Shown here: positions 19,500 through 29,863 of the stretch, piece after piece | Layout of the letters: every line of letters begins with the position of its first letter | Position numbering within the stretch: position 1 is the stretch's first letter | Source: Nitrososphaerota archaeon | GTDB taxonomy: Archaea; Thermoproteota; Nitrososphaeria; Nitrososphaerales; Nitrosopumilaceae | Reading direction: 5' to 3' | Assembly (NCBI GenBank): GCA_028867755.1 | Contig: JAGWFT010000002.1 | Coordinates: 1 to 64,000 of the forward strand | DNA: 64,000 bases | Made by a program: the position numbers and the translations under genes | Notes under the pieces: model-generated | What the model was told of the DNA's origin: nothing | Databases searched by the model: none | The model's input: only the letters and a program-made list of their open reading frames with translations

Positions 19500-21577
19500 C
19501 TGTACAATCTGAATCTATTTCATCGAGCAAACTTCAGGATCAGGTAAAGGAATTCCTAAGTCAATTCAAAGACAAGTCAGGCTTGTACAAATATGTTGAT
19601 GAAATTGACCAGATGATGGCAAAAAAAATTCAGTATATCGTAGCAGACTATAATGATCTAGTAGTGTACTCAGAAATTGAATCTGTCTTTAATGTAGATC
19701 CAGATGCAATTTTACGTGCCTTCAGTGGTGCAATCCAAGATATTCTCAAGGAAAGATTTCCACAATATGCAGAAAAAATTCGTCATGATATTAGAGTCAG
19801 AATCTCAAATTATCCATCACAACGAAGTCTGCGTGAAGTAAATGCTGAAGTCATAGGAAAAATGATAAGTGTTTCAGGAATGGTAGTAAGATCTTCTGAG
19901 ATTAAACCACTTGCAAAAGAACTAGTCTACATCTGTCCAGAGGGACACCAAACAAAAAGAATTCAGGAAAAAGGTCTTGAATTCAAAGAACCTCTAAAAT
20001 GTGATAATGGCAAGTGTACTCACAGGGATTTAGAATTAAATCCAGAACAAAGCAAATTCATCGACTTTCAAATGGTAAGACTTCAGGAATTGCCTGAAGA
20101 CTTACCTCCTGGCCAATTACCTCATTATCTAGATGTAACAGTACTACAAGACTTGGTTGATAATGCAAGACCAGGAGATCGTGTAATTCTTACAGGAATT
20201 GTAAGAATTGAACAAGAGCACATACCGTCCATGAAGGGAAAGAGTGGGATTTACAGATTAAGAATTCAGGGAAATAACATTGAATTTCTAGGAGGCAAGG
20301 GCAACAAGAGTTCTAGGAGCACTGAACGAGAAGAAATTTCTCCAGATGAAGAAAAGATAATCAAAGCGCTTGGGCAAAACACAGACATTTACGACAGGCT
20401 TGTGGCCTCATTTGCTCCTCATGTTCATGGTCATGATATCATAAAAGAGTCAATCTTACTGTTAATTGTAGGCTCAACTCAAAAGCTTCTTGCTGACGGT
20501 GCAAAGATTCGTGGAGACATTAACGTCTTTTTAGTGGGTGATCCTGGTACGGCAAAAAGTGAGATGTTAAAATTCTGTGCAAGAATTGCACCTAGAGGGC
20601 TATATACCTCAGGAAGAGGTTCTACTGCAGCAGGTCTGACAGCAGCTGTTGTGCGAGATAAAATTGGTATAATGATGCTTGAAGCAGGAGCAGTTGTTCT
20701 GGGAGATCAAGGACTTGTTTGTATAGATGAATTTGACAAAATGAAACCAGAAGACCGAAGTGCACTACATGAAACCATGGAACAACAATCTGTCAGCATC
20801 GCAAAAGGTGGTATTGTTGCAACACTGAACGCAAGAACTTCGATCTTGGCAGCTGCTAACCCTATGTATGGAAAATATGATCCATTCAAGAATATTACCG
20901 AAAACGTTAACCTTCCAGTGCCACTTCTTACACGTTTCGATTTGATTTTTGTTGTTAGAGATATTCCATCAAAAGAAAGAGATACAAGAATAGCAAAGCA
21001 CATACTAACTCTGCATAGGACTTCGACAACTGACACAAAATCACTAATCGACGTGGATATTCTTACAAAATATTTGACATATGCGAAAAAATTTGATCCC
21101 ATACTTACACCAGAAGCAGAGGATAAAATTCTAGAATATTATATGACCATGAGAAATGTAGAATCTGAAGGAATGATCACAGTAACTCCAAGACAATTAG
21201 AAGGACTTGTAAGACTAGCTACTGCTAGAGCAAGACTATTGATGAAGACGCAAGTTGAGGGTGAGGACGCAGAAAGGGCAATATTTCTAATACAAAGCAT
21301 GCTACAAGATGCAGGTGTTGATGTGAACACTGGAAAGGTAGACCTTGGAGTTCTTCAAGGCAGACCTCACAGCGAAGTCTCAAAGATGCAACTATTCATG
21401 GATGTGATGAAGTCACTTGAAGGCGATGAGAAAAGACCTGTTGAAGAAAAGACCTTTGTAAAAGAACTAGTTAAGACAGGTAAATTTACTGAAGAAGAGT
21501 CACGAAAATATATCAAGAAGTTGCAGCGAGAGTCAGCTATTTATGAATCAAAACCTGGTCATTATAACCGGGTATGA
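19496..21577 (+). CDS. mcm: Replicative helicase MCM
   Basis: Zn finger, GDPGTAKS, IDEFDKM, AAANP and SRFD-like TRFD; no intein. Confidence 0.97.
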   Translation: MTVQSESISSSKLQDQVKEFLSQFKDKSGLYKYVDEIDQMMAKKIQYIVADYNDLVVYSEIESVFNVDPDAILRAFSGAIQDILKERFPQYAEKIRHDIRVRISNYPSQRSLREVNAEVIGKMISVSGMVVRSSEIKPLAKELVYICPEGHQTKRIQEKGLEFKEPLKCDNGKCTHRDLELNPEQSKFIDFQMVRLQELPEDLPPGQLPHYLDVTVLQDLVDNARPGDRVILTGIVRIEQEHIPSMKGKSGIYRLRIQGNNIEFLGGKGNKSSRSTEREEISPDEEKIIKALGQNTDIYDRLVASFAPHVHGHDIIKESILLLIVGSTQKLLADGAKIRGDINVFLVGDPGTAKSEMLKFCARIAPRGLYTSGRGSTAAGLTAAVVRDKIGIMMLEAGAVVLGDQGLVCIDEFDKMKPEDRSALHETMEQQSVSIAKGGIVATLNARTSILAAANPMYGKYDPFKNITENVNLPVPLLTRFDLIFVVRDIPSKERDTRIAKHILTLHRTSTTDTKSLIDVDILTKYLTYAKKFDPILTPEAEDKILEYYMTMRNVESEGMITVTPRQLEGLVRLATARARLLMKTQVEGEDAERAIFLIQSMLQDAGVDVNTGKVDLGVLQGRPHSEVSKMQLFMDVMKSLEGDEKRPVEEKTFVKELVKTGKFTEEESRKYIKKLQRESAIYESKPGHYNRV

Positions 21578-23700
21578 AAGTAGCGGAATTAGATATTCCA
21601 AAAACTGCAATTGAATTTCTTTGTGATAGTGGCTTTGTTACACTCTATCCTCCGCAAGAAAAGAGTGTAAAGGCTGGACTATTGGATGGAAAAAGCATCA
21701 TTGTAGCAGCCCCCACTGCAAGCGGAAAAACGCTAATTGCCATGCTTGGAATAATAAAACACCTCTCTGAAAAAAGAGGAAAGATAGTTTATCTCAGCCC
21801 TCTCAAAGCACTAGCATCTGAAAAATTTTCTGAATTTAAGAAATTAGAATCTGTAGACTTTGGTAGAAAAATTAAGATTCAGATCTCAACAGGTGATTAT
21901 GACCAGGCTGACAAAAACTTGGGATTAAATGATATTCTTGTCCTTACCAATGAGAAGATGGACTCTGTCATAAGACAGGGTGCAGAATGGTTAAACGAGA
22001 TCAGTCTTGTTATTGCAGACGAGATACATTTACTGGGAGACGAGGATAGGGGACCAACACTTGAAATCGTGCTCACAAAACTAATGTTACTTCAACAAAA
22101 ACCACAGATGTTAGCACTTAGTGCAACTGTAACCAATGCAGATGAGATATCAAAATGGCTAGACTGTAAACTTGTAGAAAGTAACTGGAGACCAGTGCCT
22201 CTATGGGAGGGAGTATACGATCAAGGTATGGTAACAATGCAGAACCAGAAGGATTTTCAAATTGAAACAAGCATTAGAGGAGCACCAGTTGATTTGGGCC
22301 TTGATTCTTTAAAAAACGGAGGACAAGCAATTTTATTTGCTGAGACTAGAGCACGATCTGTCTCTCTTGCAACAAAGGCATCTGACGCAGTTTCAAAACG
22401 TATCACAGACGAAGAGAAGAAAACATTAGAACAAATTTCGCAAAAAATTCTTGAGGGAAATGAACATACCGAACTAATCAAAAGTCTTGCAACCCTCGTG
22501 AAAAAAGGTGTTGCATTTCATCATGCTGGATTGAATCAGAATTGTAGAGATATTATTGAATCAGAATTTAGAAATAGAAGAATAAAGATTCTCGCTTCTA
22601 CGCCAACGTTGGCTGCAGGAGTAAATCTTCCAGCAAGGAGAGTGGTGATTTCCAATATCAATAGATATGATGGAAAATACGGGATCAACAAACCTATCAG
22701 TATTCTTGAATACAAGCAGCTTTCTGGTAGAGCTGGAAGACCACAATATGATGAGTATGGTGAATCTATCATTGTTGGAAGCTCTAACAGTAGTGATCTC
22801 TTTGATTATTACATCAATGGTATGCCGGAGCCAATTTCTTCAAAACTCACAGATGACAAGGCATTAAGAATACACGTGCTAAGCTTGATCTCAACTACTC
22901 CAGGAATAAAAAATGAAGAAGTTGTAGACTTTTTCTCAAAAACACTTTCAGGATCTCAGGAAAGAAAATCAACTATAAAATTTAAGATTCAGATAGCACT
23001 GCGTTATCTAGAATTAGAAGAACTTGTAAAACAAAAAGGAGGCCGACTAATTGCAACAGATCTTGGAAAAAAGACTTCTACTCTGTATATAGATCCGCTC
23101 ACAGCCGTATCTTTCCGAAAAGCATTACAAAAAATCTCAAAGGGTAGAAAACACACACTTGGTATATTACATGTCATAACAAGCTGCGAAGATTTTTTCC
23201 CCAAATTTTCATTGAGAAACAAAGATTATGAATTAATCAGTACACTCATTGAAAATTATGCTGATCAATTAATTGAAAGCATCTCAGAATATGATTGTAA
23301 TCGAAGCCTACTTGCAATGCATTCATGGATTACCGAATCAAGTGAAATTTCACTTTCTGATAACCTAGGAATAGAATCAGGAGATATGCATAGGATGTCT
23401 GAAACCGCAGATTGGCTTATTTACGCATTTTATGAGTTTGCCAAGCTAGAAAAATTAACCAACGTAATAGATGAGATGAATGCCTTGCGAACCAGAGTTG
23501 CTTACGGAATAAAGGAGGAACTTGTTGATCTTGTCCAAGTACGAGGTATTGGAAGAATACGTGCTAGAATTCTATACAAAAATGGAATCAAGAATCTGGA
23601 TGAATTAAGGTCAATTCCTGTTGAAAAACTTGCCAAAATTGATAAGATTGGGCCTGGAATTGCAGAAAACATAAAGACACAACTAAAAAAGATAAGGTAA
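21574..23700 (+). CDS. hel308: Ski2-like DNA helicase Hel308
   Basis: APTASGKT, DEIH, FHHAGL, TLAAGVNLPA, GRAGRP and a C-terminal HhH. Confidence 0.93.
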   Translation: MKVAELDIPKTAIEFLCDSGFVTLYPPQEKSVKAGLLDGKSIIVAAPTASGKTLIAMLGIIKHLSEKRGKIVYLSPLKALASEKFSEFKKLESVDFGRKIKIQISTGDYDQADKNLGLNDILVLTNEKMDSVIRQGAEWLNEISLVIADEIHLLGDEDRGPTLEIVLTKLMLLQQKPQMLALSATVTNADEISKWLDCKLVESNWRPVPLWEGVYDQGMVTMQNQKDFQIETSIRGAPVDLGLDSLKNGGQAILFAETRARSVSLATKASDAVSKRITDEEKKTLEQISQKILEGNEHTELIKSLATLVKKGVAFHHAGLNQNCRDIIESEFRNRRIKILASTPTLAAGVNLPARRVVISNINRYDGKYGINKPISILEYKQLSGRAGRPQYDEYGESIIVGSSNSSDLFDYYINGMPEPISSKLTDDKALRIHVLSLISTTPGIKNEEVVDFFSKTLSGSQERKSTIKFKIQIALRYLELEELVKQKGGRLIATDLGKKTSTLYIDPLTAVSFRKALQKISKGRKHTLGILHVITSCEDFFPKFSLRNKDYELISTLIENYADQLIESISEYDCNRSLLAMHSWITESSEISLSDNLGIESGDMHRMSETADWLIYAFYEFAKLEKLTNVIDEMNALRTRVAYGIKEELVDLVQVRGIGRIRARILYKNGIKNLDELRSIPVEKLAKIDKIGPGIAENIKTQLKKIR

Positions 23701-24692
23701 TGCTTGACAAAACAATAGTTGCTATAGTAGTTTCAGCCATCGCATTCATTGTTGTTTATACCATTACCCCTATTCTAATCAAAACACTAGAAAAAAGAAA
23801 ACTGGTAGTAAAAGATTACAACAGAGTCGGAGGTGCAATGGTGGCAAGGCCTGGAGGTCCATCAATTCTTGCAGGGCTTGTAATATCAGAATTTGTTCTT
23901 TATGCATTCTTTCCTTCGATAGATGTATTGGCAATAATTCTCACTACTTTTCTAGCGTTTCTTGTGGGTTTAGCAGATGATAGAAAAGTATTGGGTGGAT
24001 GGTTCAAACCTCTTGCTCTGGCAGCCACTTCTATTCCAATAATTTTGTTAGGTGCACACGGTTCACATTTGGACTTTCCACTATTTGGGTCTGTTAGAAT
24101 TCCTGAACTATATTTAGGATTGATAGTTATTATGATTCCAATTACCGGCAATACGGTAAATTCTATTGATGTGCTCAATGGTGTTGCAAGCGGTTTTATG
24201 ACAATTGCTAGTTTTGCACTCACTATATCATTATTTATTGTTCATCATTATGATATTGCAATAGCTAGCTTGCCTTTGGGTTTTGTATCGCTTGCCTTTT
24301 ACAAATACCACAAGTTCCCTAGTAGAATATTTCCAGGTGATTCTGGAGCACTCACCTTAGGTGCCATGTATGGAACAATTGCTATAGTTGGCCATGTGGA
24401 AGTGATTGCTGCAATTGCTTTGTTACCTGCTGTCATAAACTCATTTCTATTTCTGTCAAGTGTAAAACGAATAATCGAACACAGACAACTAAAGTCAAAT
24501 CCTGTTGAACATACTGAGGATTTCAAATTAAAGGCTACAACACATAAAGACGCACCAGTTACACTGGTGCGTTTGATTGTAGCTAATAGACCTATGACAG
24601 AAAAAGAAGTAGGGTTTGTAATTTTTAAACTAGCATTATTCTCGGCCTCACTTGCAATCATTACGGCATTTATGATGGGTGTAAAGATATGA
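23700..24692 (+). CDS. UDP-GlcNAc:dolichyl-phosphate GlcNAc-1-phosphate transferase (AglH/MraY-GT4 family)
   Basis: Polytopic membrane protein with GLADD, NSIDVLNG and FPGDSG motifs. Confidence 0.88.
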   Translation: MLDKTIVAIVVSAIAFIVVYTITPILIKTLEKRKLVVKDYNRVGGAMVARPGGPSILAGLVISEFVLYAFFPSIDVLAIILTTFLAFLVGLADDRKVLGGWFKPLALAATSIPIILLGAHGSHLDFPLFGSVRIPELYLGLIVIMIPITGNTVNSIDVLNGVASGFMTIASFALTISLFIVHHYDIAIASLPLGFVSLAFYKYHKFPSRIFPGDSGALTLGAMYGTIAIVGHVEVIAAIALLPAVINSFLFLSSVKRIIEHRQLKSNPVEHTEDFKLKATTHKDAPVTLVRLIVANRPMTEKEVGFVIFKLALFSASLAIITAFMMGVKI

Positions 24693-24919
24693 AAGCGCAG
24701 ATCTTTGTGTATGTATTCATAATGTGGCTAATGATAATAGCTGGTGGGGGACTTCTTATCGCAGTAATCGCACCAATTTCAATAAATGGTTTTGGAAAAT
24801 ATAGTGGATTTTTAGATTCAGGCATAAAAGCAGCTGTTGCTATTTTTCTTGTAGCACTATGGGTCTTCATAATGTCCAAGATAAAGAACTGGATATTTAA
24901 CAAACAAATTCAGAATTAG
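24689..24919 (+). CDS. Small two-TM membrane protein
   Basis: 76 aa, two hydrophobic helices, ATGA-type overlap with the upstream gene. Confidence 0.7.
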   Translation: MKAQIFVYVFIMWLMIIAGGGLLIAVIAPISINGFGKYSGFLDSGIKAAVAIFLVALWVFIMSKIKNWIFNKQIQN

Positions 24920-25392
24920 CTATTTTCCCAATTAATCTTCTTTTTATCGTATTCTTCACGAGAATACTTGATTTTGGCTGGAACTCCGGCAACTACTGTA
25001 TTTGCAGGAACATCTTTAGTAACAACGGCTCCCATTGCAACTACACTGTTCTTGCCAACTGTTACTCCTGCTTTTATGACAGCTCTTGAACCTATTACTG
25101 CGCCATCTTCTATGGTAACACCGATCATTTTTTTACTTGCTGGATATGGATCATTTGTCAACGCAGCAGCTGGTCCTATGAACACATTTTTTCCAATTCT
25201 GGAGAGAGGGGGAATGTACACCATGCCTTCTATCATGGTGTTGTCTCCAATCTTTACATTGTAATCTACATGAGCAAGAGAACCAATCTTTACATTGTCT
25301 CCAATCTCTGTATCATCACCTACATATGCAAAATGCCATATTCTTACATTCTTGCCCAGTTTTGCTTTTTCTGATATGAAATTTGTAACCAT
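24916..25392 (-). CDS. Hexapeptide-repeat N-acetyltransferase (WbpD-like)
   Basis: IWHFAYV, repeated I/V-G-x-N/D hexapeptides, TND and VVAGVPAK. Confidence 0.85.
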   Translation of the reverse strand: MVTNFISEKAKLGKNVRIWHFAYVGDDTEIGDNVKIGSLAHVDYNVKIGDNTMIEGMVYIPPLSRIGKNVFIGPAAALTNDPYPASKKMIGVTIEDGAVIGSRAVIKAGVTVGKNSVVAMGAVVTKDVPANTVVAGVPAKIKYSREEYDKKKINWENS

Positions 25393-25399
25393 TCTTTCA

Positions 25400-25669
25400 T
25401 CACAAATGCCACGGAGAGCTATTGTTAATGACTTTTTCAGGCAAGCTACCTTTGTATTTTTTCAAGAATTCTATATCTTGATTTTTGTCCCTTAGTTCAT
25501 CTGGTAACATGATTGGAATCTCATCTATTATGGGGTAGAATCGAGAACACTTGGAACAAAATATCACACCCTCTGAAACAGTTTCATCTTTTGATGAAAG
25601 CTCAAAAATGTCAAGTGGAAAATGTTTGTCTATGGGACATGCAAGAATTTCCATCATTTTTTTGTTCAT
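25400..25669 (-). CDS. Trm112-family methyltransferase activator
   Basis: LACPIDK...CSKCSRFYPIIDEIPIML. Confidence 0.9.
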   Translation of the reverse strand: MNKKMMEILACPIDKHFPLDIFELSSKDETVSEGVIFCSKCSRFYPIIDEIPIMLPDELRDKNQDIEFLKKYKGSLPEKVINNSSPWHL

Positions 25670-26601
25670 TTGAGATCTAGATAAATTGGAGTTCCTTTCT
25701 GACTAGATAAAAGTGCTGCTTCAGCTATCTTTGTTGTATTCAACGCATCTTCAGGTCTGACCCTAATGTTTTCTTTGCCTTCTGATGCAGCAATAAAATT
25801 TTTAATTTCTAAAAGAAGTGGTTCTTCTACATCCTTGCGAGGGCTCTCAGATCCACTATTAGTTTCTATTTTTACCTCTTGTGTGATAAAATCAGATGAA
25901 ATCATTGCATCACCGCAGACAGCATTAAATTTTCTAACTCTAATGGGTGTTATCCAATTTGATGAAATAATAGCCACTCTATTTTCTTTAAAGCCTAACA
26001 TTATTGTAGCAAAATCTTCATGCTCGTGCCTTATTCTGCCAGATCTTGCAAAGACAACTTCTGGGGCATCATCAAAAAGCCACATGGCTGTATCGATATC
26101 ATGAACTGAAGTATCATAAATTATTCCTACATCTTTTATATGAGGGGGCATTCTGTTTTCTCGATGAAATTCTAGCATTATTAGCTCGCCATATTTTTTC
26201 GTCCTGACATATTCTTTGACTAGTGATACTGCTGGATTGAACCTTTCAATGTATCCCGATGTAAGAACTACTTTGTTCTTTTTTGCTAATTCTAATAGTT
26301 CTTCTCCCTCGCGAGACAAATATGTCATAGGCTTCTCTACGAAAACATTCTTTTTCTTTTGCAATAAATTTCTGGCAATCTCAAAATGGGTAGAAGTAGG
26401 AGTACAAACAAAGGCAGCATCAAATTGTTCTGACCCTAAAAGAGAATCAACACTTGAATAGTGATTAACAGAGTATTTTGTTCCAAATTCCTTTGACTTT
26501 GCCAAATCAGCATCACACACTGCTGAAAGAATCCCAAGTTGGGAAAGTATTCTTGCATGATTCTTGCCAAAACCCCCGACTCCTATTTGTGCAATTTTCA
26601 T
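25666..26601 (-). CDS. Gfo/Idh/MocA oxidoreductase (WbpB-like)
   Basis: GVGGFGKNH, VEKP, ERFNP and DTSVHDID motifs. Confidence 0.88.
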   Translation of the reverse strand: MKIAQIGVGGFGKNHARILSQLGILSAVCDADLAKSKEFGTKYSVNHYSSVDSLLGSEQFDAAFVCTPTSTHFEIARNLLQKKKNVFVEKPMTYLSREGEELLELAKKNKVVLTSGYIERFNPAVSLVKEYVRTKKYGELIMLEFHRENRMPPHIKDVGIIYDTSVHDIDTAMWLFDDAPEVVFARSGRIRHEHEDFATIMLGFKENRVAIISSNWITPIRVRKFNAVCGDAMISSDFITQEVKIETNSGSESPRKDVEEPLLLEIKNFIAASEGKENIRVRPEDALNTTKIAEAALLSSQKGTPIYLDLK

Positions 26602-26602
26602 T

Positions 26603-27520
26603 TCAATACACTGGAGTTATCCAACGAGAGTATTTTTTGTTTCTTCCTACGACAATTTCGGAATAAGCATTTTGAATCTGACGTGTTATCTTCCCAATTT
26701 TTCCATCTCCAACTTTTTTACCATCAACTGCAACAATAGGTGTTATCTCAGCAGCAGTTCCTGTCAAAAATACTTCATCAGAAAAATAAATTTCTGTTCT
26801 TGGGATATCGCGCTCTATTGTTTCGTAACCTAGATCTCTTGCTATCTTAATTACAGAATCTTTCGTGATTCCTTCTAATGCTGAAGAACTGGATGAAGGT
26901 GTAAGTAATTTTTCATCTCTTAATATGAATATGTTCTCTCCAGGAGCTTCACTGATGTTTCCGAGATGATCTAAGAGTATTGCTTCATCGTATCCATTTC
27001 TCTTACATTCCTGAGTAGCAAGTATTGAATTCAAATAATTGCCACCCATCTTTGCAAGCGGAGGAGTAGAAATATCATGAATTCTTCTCCACGATGAAAT
27101 GCCTGCTTTAATTCCATTTTTATTGAACAAATCTCCAAAGGGAAACATTACAACTGCAGCATGAGTTGGACTATTTTCTGTCACATGAAGATTTATTCCA
27201 TATCGTCCCACAAAATAAAATGGTCGTATGTAGCATGACTCTCTTACGTTATTTTTCTTGCAGAGCCCTATTATTGCATCAGCTATTTGTTTATCTGTAA
27301 ATTTTAGTGAGACAGAATAGACCTTTCCAGAATTTCTAAATCTTTTGATATGATCATGCAATCTGAAAATATACAAGTTTTTTGAATTCCAATAACCTCG
27401 CAATCCTTCAAAAACCGAAGTTCCATAGTGTATAGCATGTGTCATTACAGAAACTTTTGCCTCATCGTCTTTTACAAATTTACCATCAAACCAAACAAAC
27501 TTGGGAACAAAAGTTTTCAT
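26603..27520 (-). CDS. ilvE: Branched-chain amino acid aminotransferase
   Basis: HYGTSVFEGLR, AKMGGNY, EAPGEN, LEGIT and GTAAE motifs. Confidence 0.95.
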   Translation of the reverse strand: MKTFVPKFVWFDGKFVKDDEAKVSVMTHAIHYGTSVFEGLRGYWNSKNLYIFRLHDHIKRFRNSGKVYSVSLKFTDKQIADAIIGLCKKNNVRESCYIRPFYFVGRYGINLHVTENSPTHAAVVMFPFGDLFNKNGIKAGISSWRRIHDISTPPLAKMGGNYLNSILATQECKRNGYDEAILLDHLGNISEAPGENIFILRDEKLLTPSSSSSALEGITKDSVIKIARDLGYETIERDIPRTEIYFSDEVFLTGTAAEITPIVAVDGKKVGDGKIGKITRQIQNAYSEIVVGRNKKYSRWITPVY

Positions 27521-27556
27521 ATGAAAAACCCATCTCTGTCTATAATTAATCTATTT

Positions 27557-28153
27557 CTACCAAAATCCAGTGCTTGGAAATTTCATACCAAGTATTCTGT
27601 ACGTAAGATCAGGTGAATTTGCAAATTTCTTCACAACATCCCAATTTGCGTGTATGATCTTTACAATTTCAGGCTCTACATAATTCTCCCAATCGGTATC
27701 CTTTCCAGCTGCTGACTCGAACATCTTTTGTTTTACAAATGAAGCCGATGTCTCTTTTCTCTGGCCAACCTTTGGATTCAATCCATAAAGCCTTAACACA
27801 AAAGCTTCTGCCTTATCTCCTGTATATGTAAAATAATCAGTTTTAATTCCATCTAAAATCTGCCTTTTGATGTTCCATGAATAATGTGAAAGTAATGGCG
27901 GCATGTACTTTGCAAATGGTGAGTAAAATGTGTAATTTGGCATTATGGATATGGAATCTCCAAATACTGATTCGAGCATCTTTTTTCTTAACTCGTAACT
28001 AAATGGAAAGCTCCTGCTATTGACTTCGTTGCCGTCGATTCTGAATATGACTGGAAGTACTCTTACCTCTGTGTTGCTTTTTAATTCATTGATGATTTCA
28101 ACATGGGCCTTAGTGACAGGATTTAGATGAGCAAGGTAGATTGAAAGTGTCAA
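27557..28153 (-). CDS. HIGH-superfamily nucleotidyltransferase, divergent
   Basis: N-terminal HLNPVTKAH (HxGH variant), PFSYELRKKM and C-terminal TSASFVK. Confidence 0.65.
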   Translation of the reverse strand: MTLSIYLAHLNPVTKAHVEIINELKSNTEVRVLPVIFRIDGNEVNSRSFPFSYELRKKMLESVFGDSISIMPNYTFYSPFAKYMPPLLSHYSWNIKRQILDGIKTDYFTYTGDKAEAFVLRLYGLNPKVGQRKETSASFVKQKMFESAAGKDTDWENYVEPEIVKIIHANWDVVKKFANSPDLTYRILGMKFPSTGFW

Positions 28154-28223
28154 TTGAATTCTGTATTTGTTCGGGGATATTTCAATCCTTGATTAAATTC
28201 ATGGAAACATTTCAATCTAAATA

Positions 28224-28297
28224 TGGGGACGATGGGACTTGAACCCACGACATCCAGCGCCCGAGGCTGGCAGTCTGCCAAGCTAACCTACGTCCCC
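28224..28297 (-). tRNA. tRNA-Pro(CGG)
   Basis: GGGGACG acceptor stem, CCAGC-CT CGG GC-GCTGG, GGTTCAAGTCC. Confidence 0.93.
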
Positions 28298-28345
28298 GTA
28301 GTTTCGCGAGAATGATGGAATATTATCTTTTCAAATGAAATCTGA

Positions 28346-29185
28346 CTAGCCGTATGACTCGTATTTTATCTCGAAGCTTTTATCAGCTCTCTTATTTCTC
28401 TCAGTCACAAATCCCTTTGGAGTTAACACATCAAGACATCCATCTATGGTACCTTGCCAGCCACAAATGAAAAATACTGTATTATCCTTGGTAATTTTAT
28501 CTCCAACCAATTTCTCAAGTGTCGATGTCTCTCCATTTTTTGATTGCAAGAAACTCTCCACTCTTCCTTTTTGTCCATTCCAAGTTCTGTTGAACCACTC
28601 GTCTGGTCTGCTGACTGTTGCTCTGTATCTGAAATTCCACTTGTCTTTTCCTCGGTCTAGGCTCTCCTCTTCAAGTCTAGTCAGTTCCTCTCTGTAACCA
28701 AGTTCATCGACATAACTTGCTCCATGTAAAACGATTATCTCTCTCTTGCTTCCTGTGGCATGAAGATGTCGTGCATAACTCACAAATGGAGCCAAGCCTG
28801 TACCTCCTCCTAAGCAAACAATCCTTCTGTCATCTGGTTCACCATTTGGTTTCTTCTCTTCAATGGTAAAAGCACCAGTAGGCTTTACCCAAGTGATCTC
28901 ATCGCCTTCTTTGGCACTAAACAGAACTGTTGTAAGACGACCTGGCAGTGGTTTTCTAACCCATCTTATGTATAATTCCATATACTTTCTGTTTTCTGGA
29001 TGTGAAGCAATAGAGTAAGCTCTTCTAATTACTTTATTCTCTGACTGCACATGAGCACCTAGAGTTACAAACTGACCTGATTTGTATTGGGGCATTTCTC
29101 CTTCTTTTGGTACGAACCTGAAAACTGCCAAATCTTCTTTTTGAATTTGAACGTAAGAAACTATCGCTTTACTTTCTACGACCAC
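28346..29185 (-). CDS. Ferredoxin-NADP(+) reductase (FNR-like)
   Basis: RRAYSIAS, GRLT, GGTGLAPF, CG and terminal ESYG motifs. Confidence 0.9.
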   Translation of the reverse strand: MVVESKAIVSYVQIQKEDLAVFRFVPKEGEMPQYKSGQFVTLGAHVQSENKVIRRAYSIASHPENRKYMELYIRWVRKPLPGRLTTVLFSAKEGDEITWVKPTGAFTIEEKKPNGEPDDRRIVCLGGGTGLAPFVSYARHLHATGSKREIIVLHGASYVDELGYREELTRLEEESLDRGKDKWNFRYRATVSRPDEWFNRTWNGQKGRVESFLQSKNGETSTLEKLVGDKITKDNTVFFICGWQGTIDGCLDVLTPKGFVTERNKRADKSFEIKYESYG

Positions 29186-29317
29186 GCGAAGAATTCTATT
29201 CTTGATAGTTAAATATCTTATGCTATTTTGGTCAAGCTAATTTTTTGGGTTACGCTAAACGTTAATAACCTCACAAAAAAAGTTAATGCAAATCAGATTT
29301 GCCCTCTGATTAAAACC

Positions 29318-29391
29318 GGGCCGGTCGTCTAGCCTAGTAGGATACGCCCTTGGCATGGGTGAGATCGTGGGTTCAAATCCCACCCGGTCCA
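29318..29391 (+). tRNA. tRNA-Ala(GGC)
   Basis: GGGCCGG acceptor stem, CGCCC-TT GGC AT-GGGTG. Confidence 0.95.
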
Positions 29392-29402
29392 CTTTTTAAA
29401 AA

Positions 29403-29810
29403 TCAAGTTACAGTTATGTTAAATGTAGATATGGGAGCAAGCGGATCTATGTCTCGTAAATTATCCCACACTAATACCTGAATCTTGTATGTTCCGCTTG
29501 CATGTGGAGTCCAAGAAAGAGCCGCAGTAAGAGTTTGATTGGAAACAAGGGAACCTGTAGCATAATTTAGATCTGATGTAGCTCCATCAGAATCAATTAC
29601 TTGTACAATATATGCCCAGTTGACGTTATTTTGGCTTACATTTTTCAGTGATGTTTGTAGGTTAAGTTGTTGATCTACTACTGGAGAATTGATTTCTTCT
29701 CCAAGAGAGTCAACTATCTTAAAATCTGATGCAGAAATTTCACCATATCCGTATGCAGAATTAATTCCAATTATTGCAAGAGCGAAAGGCAATACGAGGA
29801 AAAACCTCAT
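29403..29810 (-). CDS. Secreted hypothetical protein with an Ig-like beta-sandwich
   Basis: Signal peptide; AYIVQVID...LSWTP..SGTYKIQVLVWD pattern. Confidence 0.7.
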   Translation of the reverse strand: MRFFLVLPFALAIIGINSAYGYGEISASDFKIVDSLGEEINSPVVDQQLNLQTSLKNVSQNNVNWAYIVQVIDSDGATSDLNYATGSLVSNQTLTAALSWTPHASGTYKIQVLVWDNLRDIDPLAPISTFNITVT

Positions 29811-29863
29811 CGCAACGATTCTTGCATTCTTAGATTTAAATTATCCCAAGGAACAGAGCACAC

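Noticed and set aside
29318-29391. tRNA-Ala(GGC) as the second att site of the tRNA-Ala(CGC) island
   Set aside because: It is a complete, different isoacceptor in the opposite orientation, and the 26 kb between the two is housekeeping genes.
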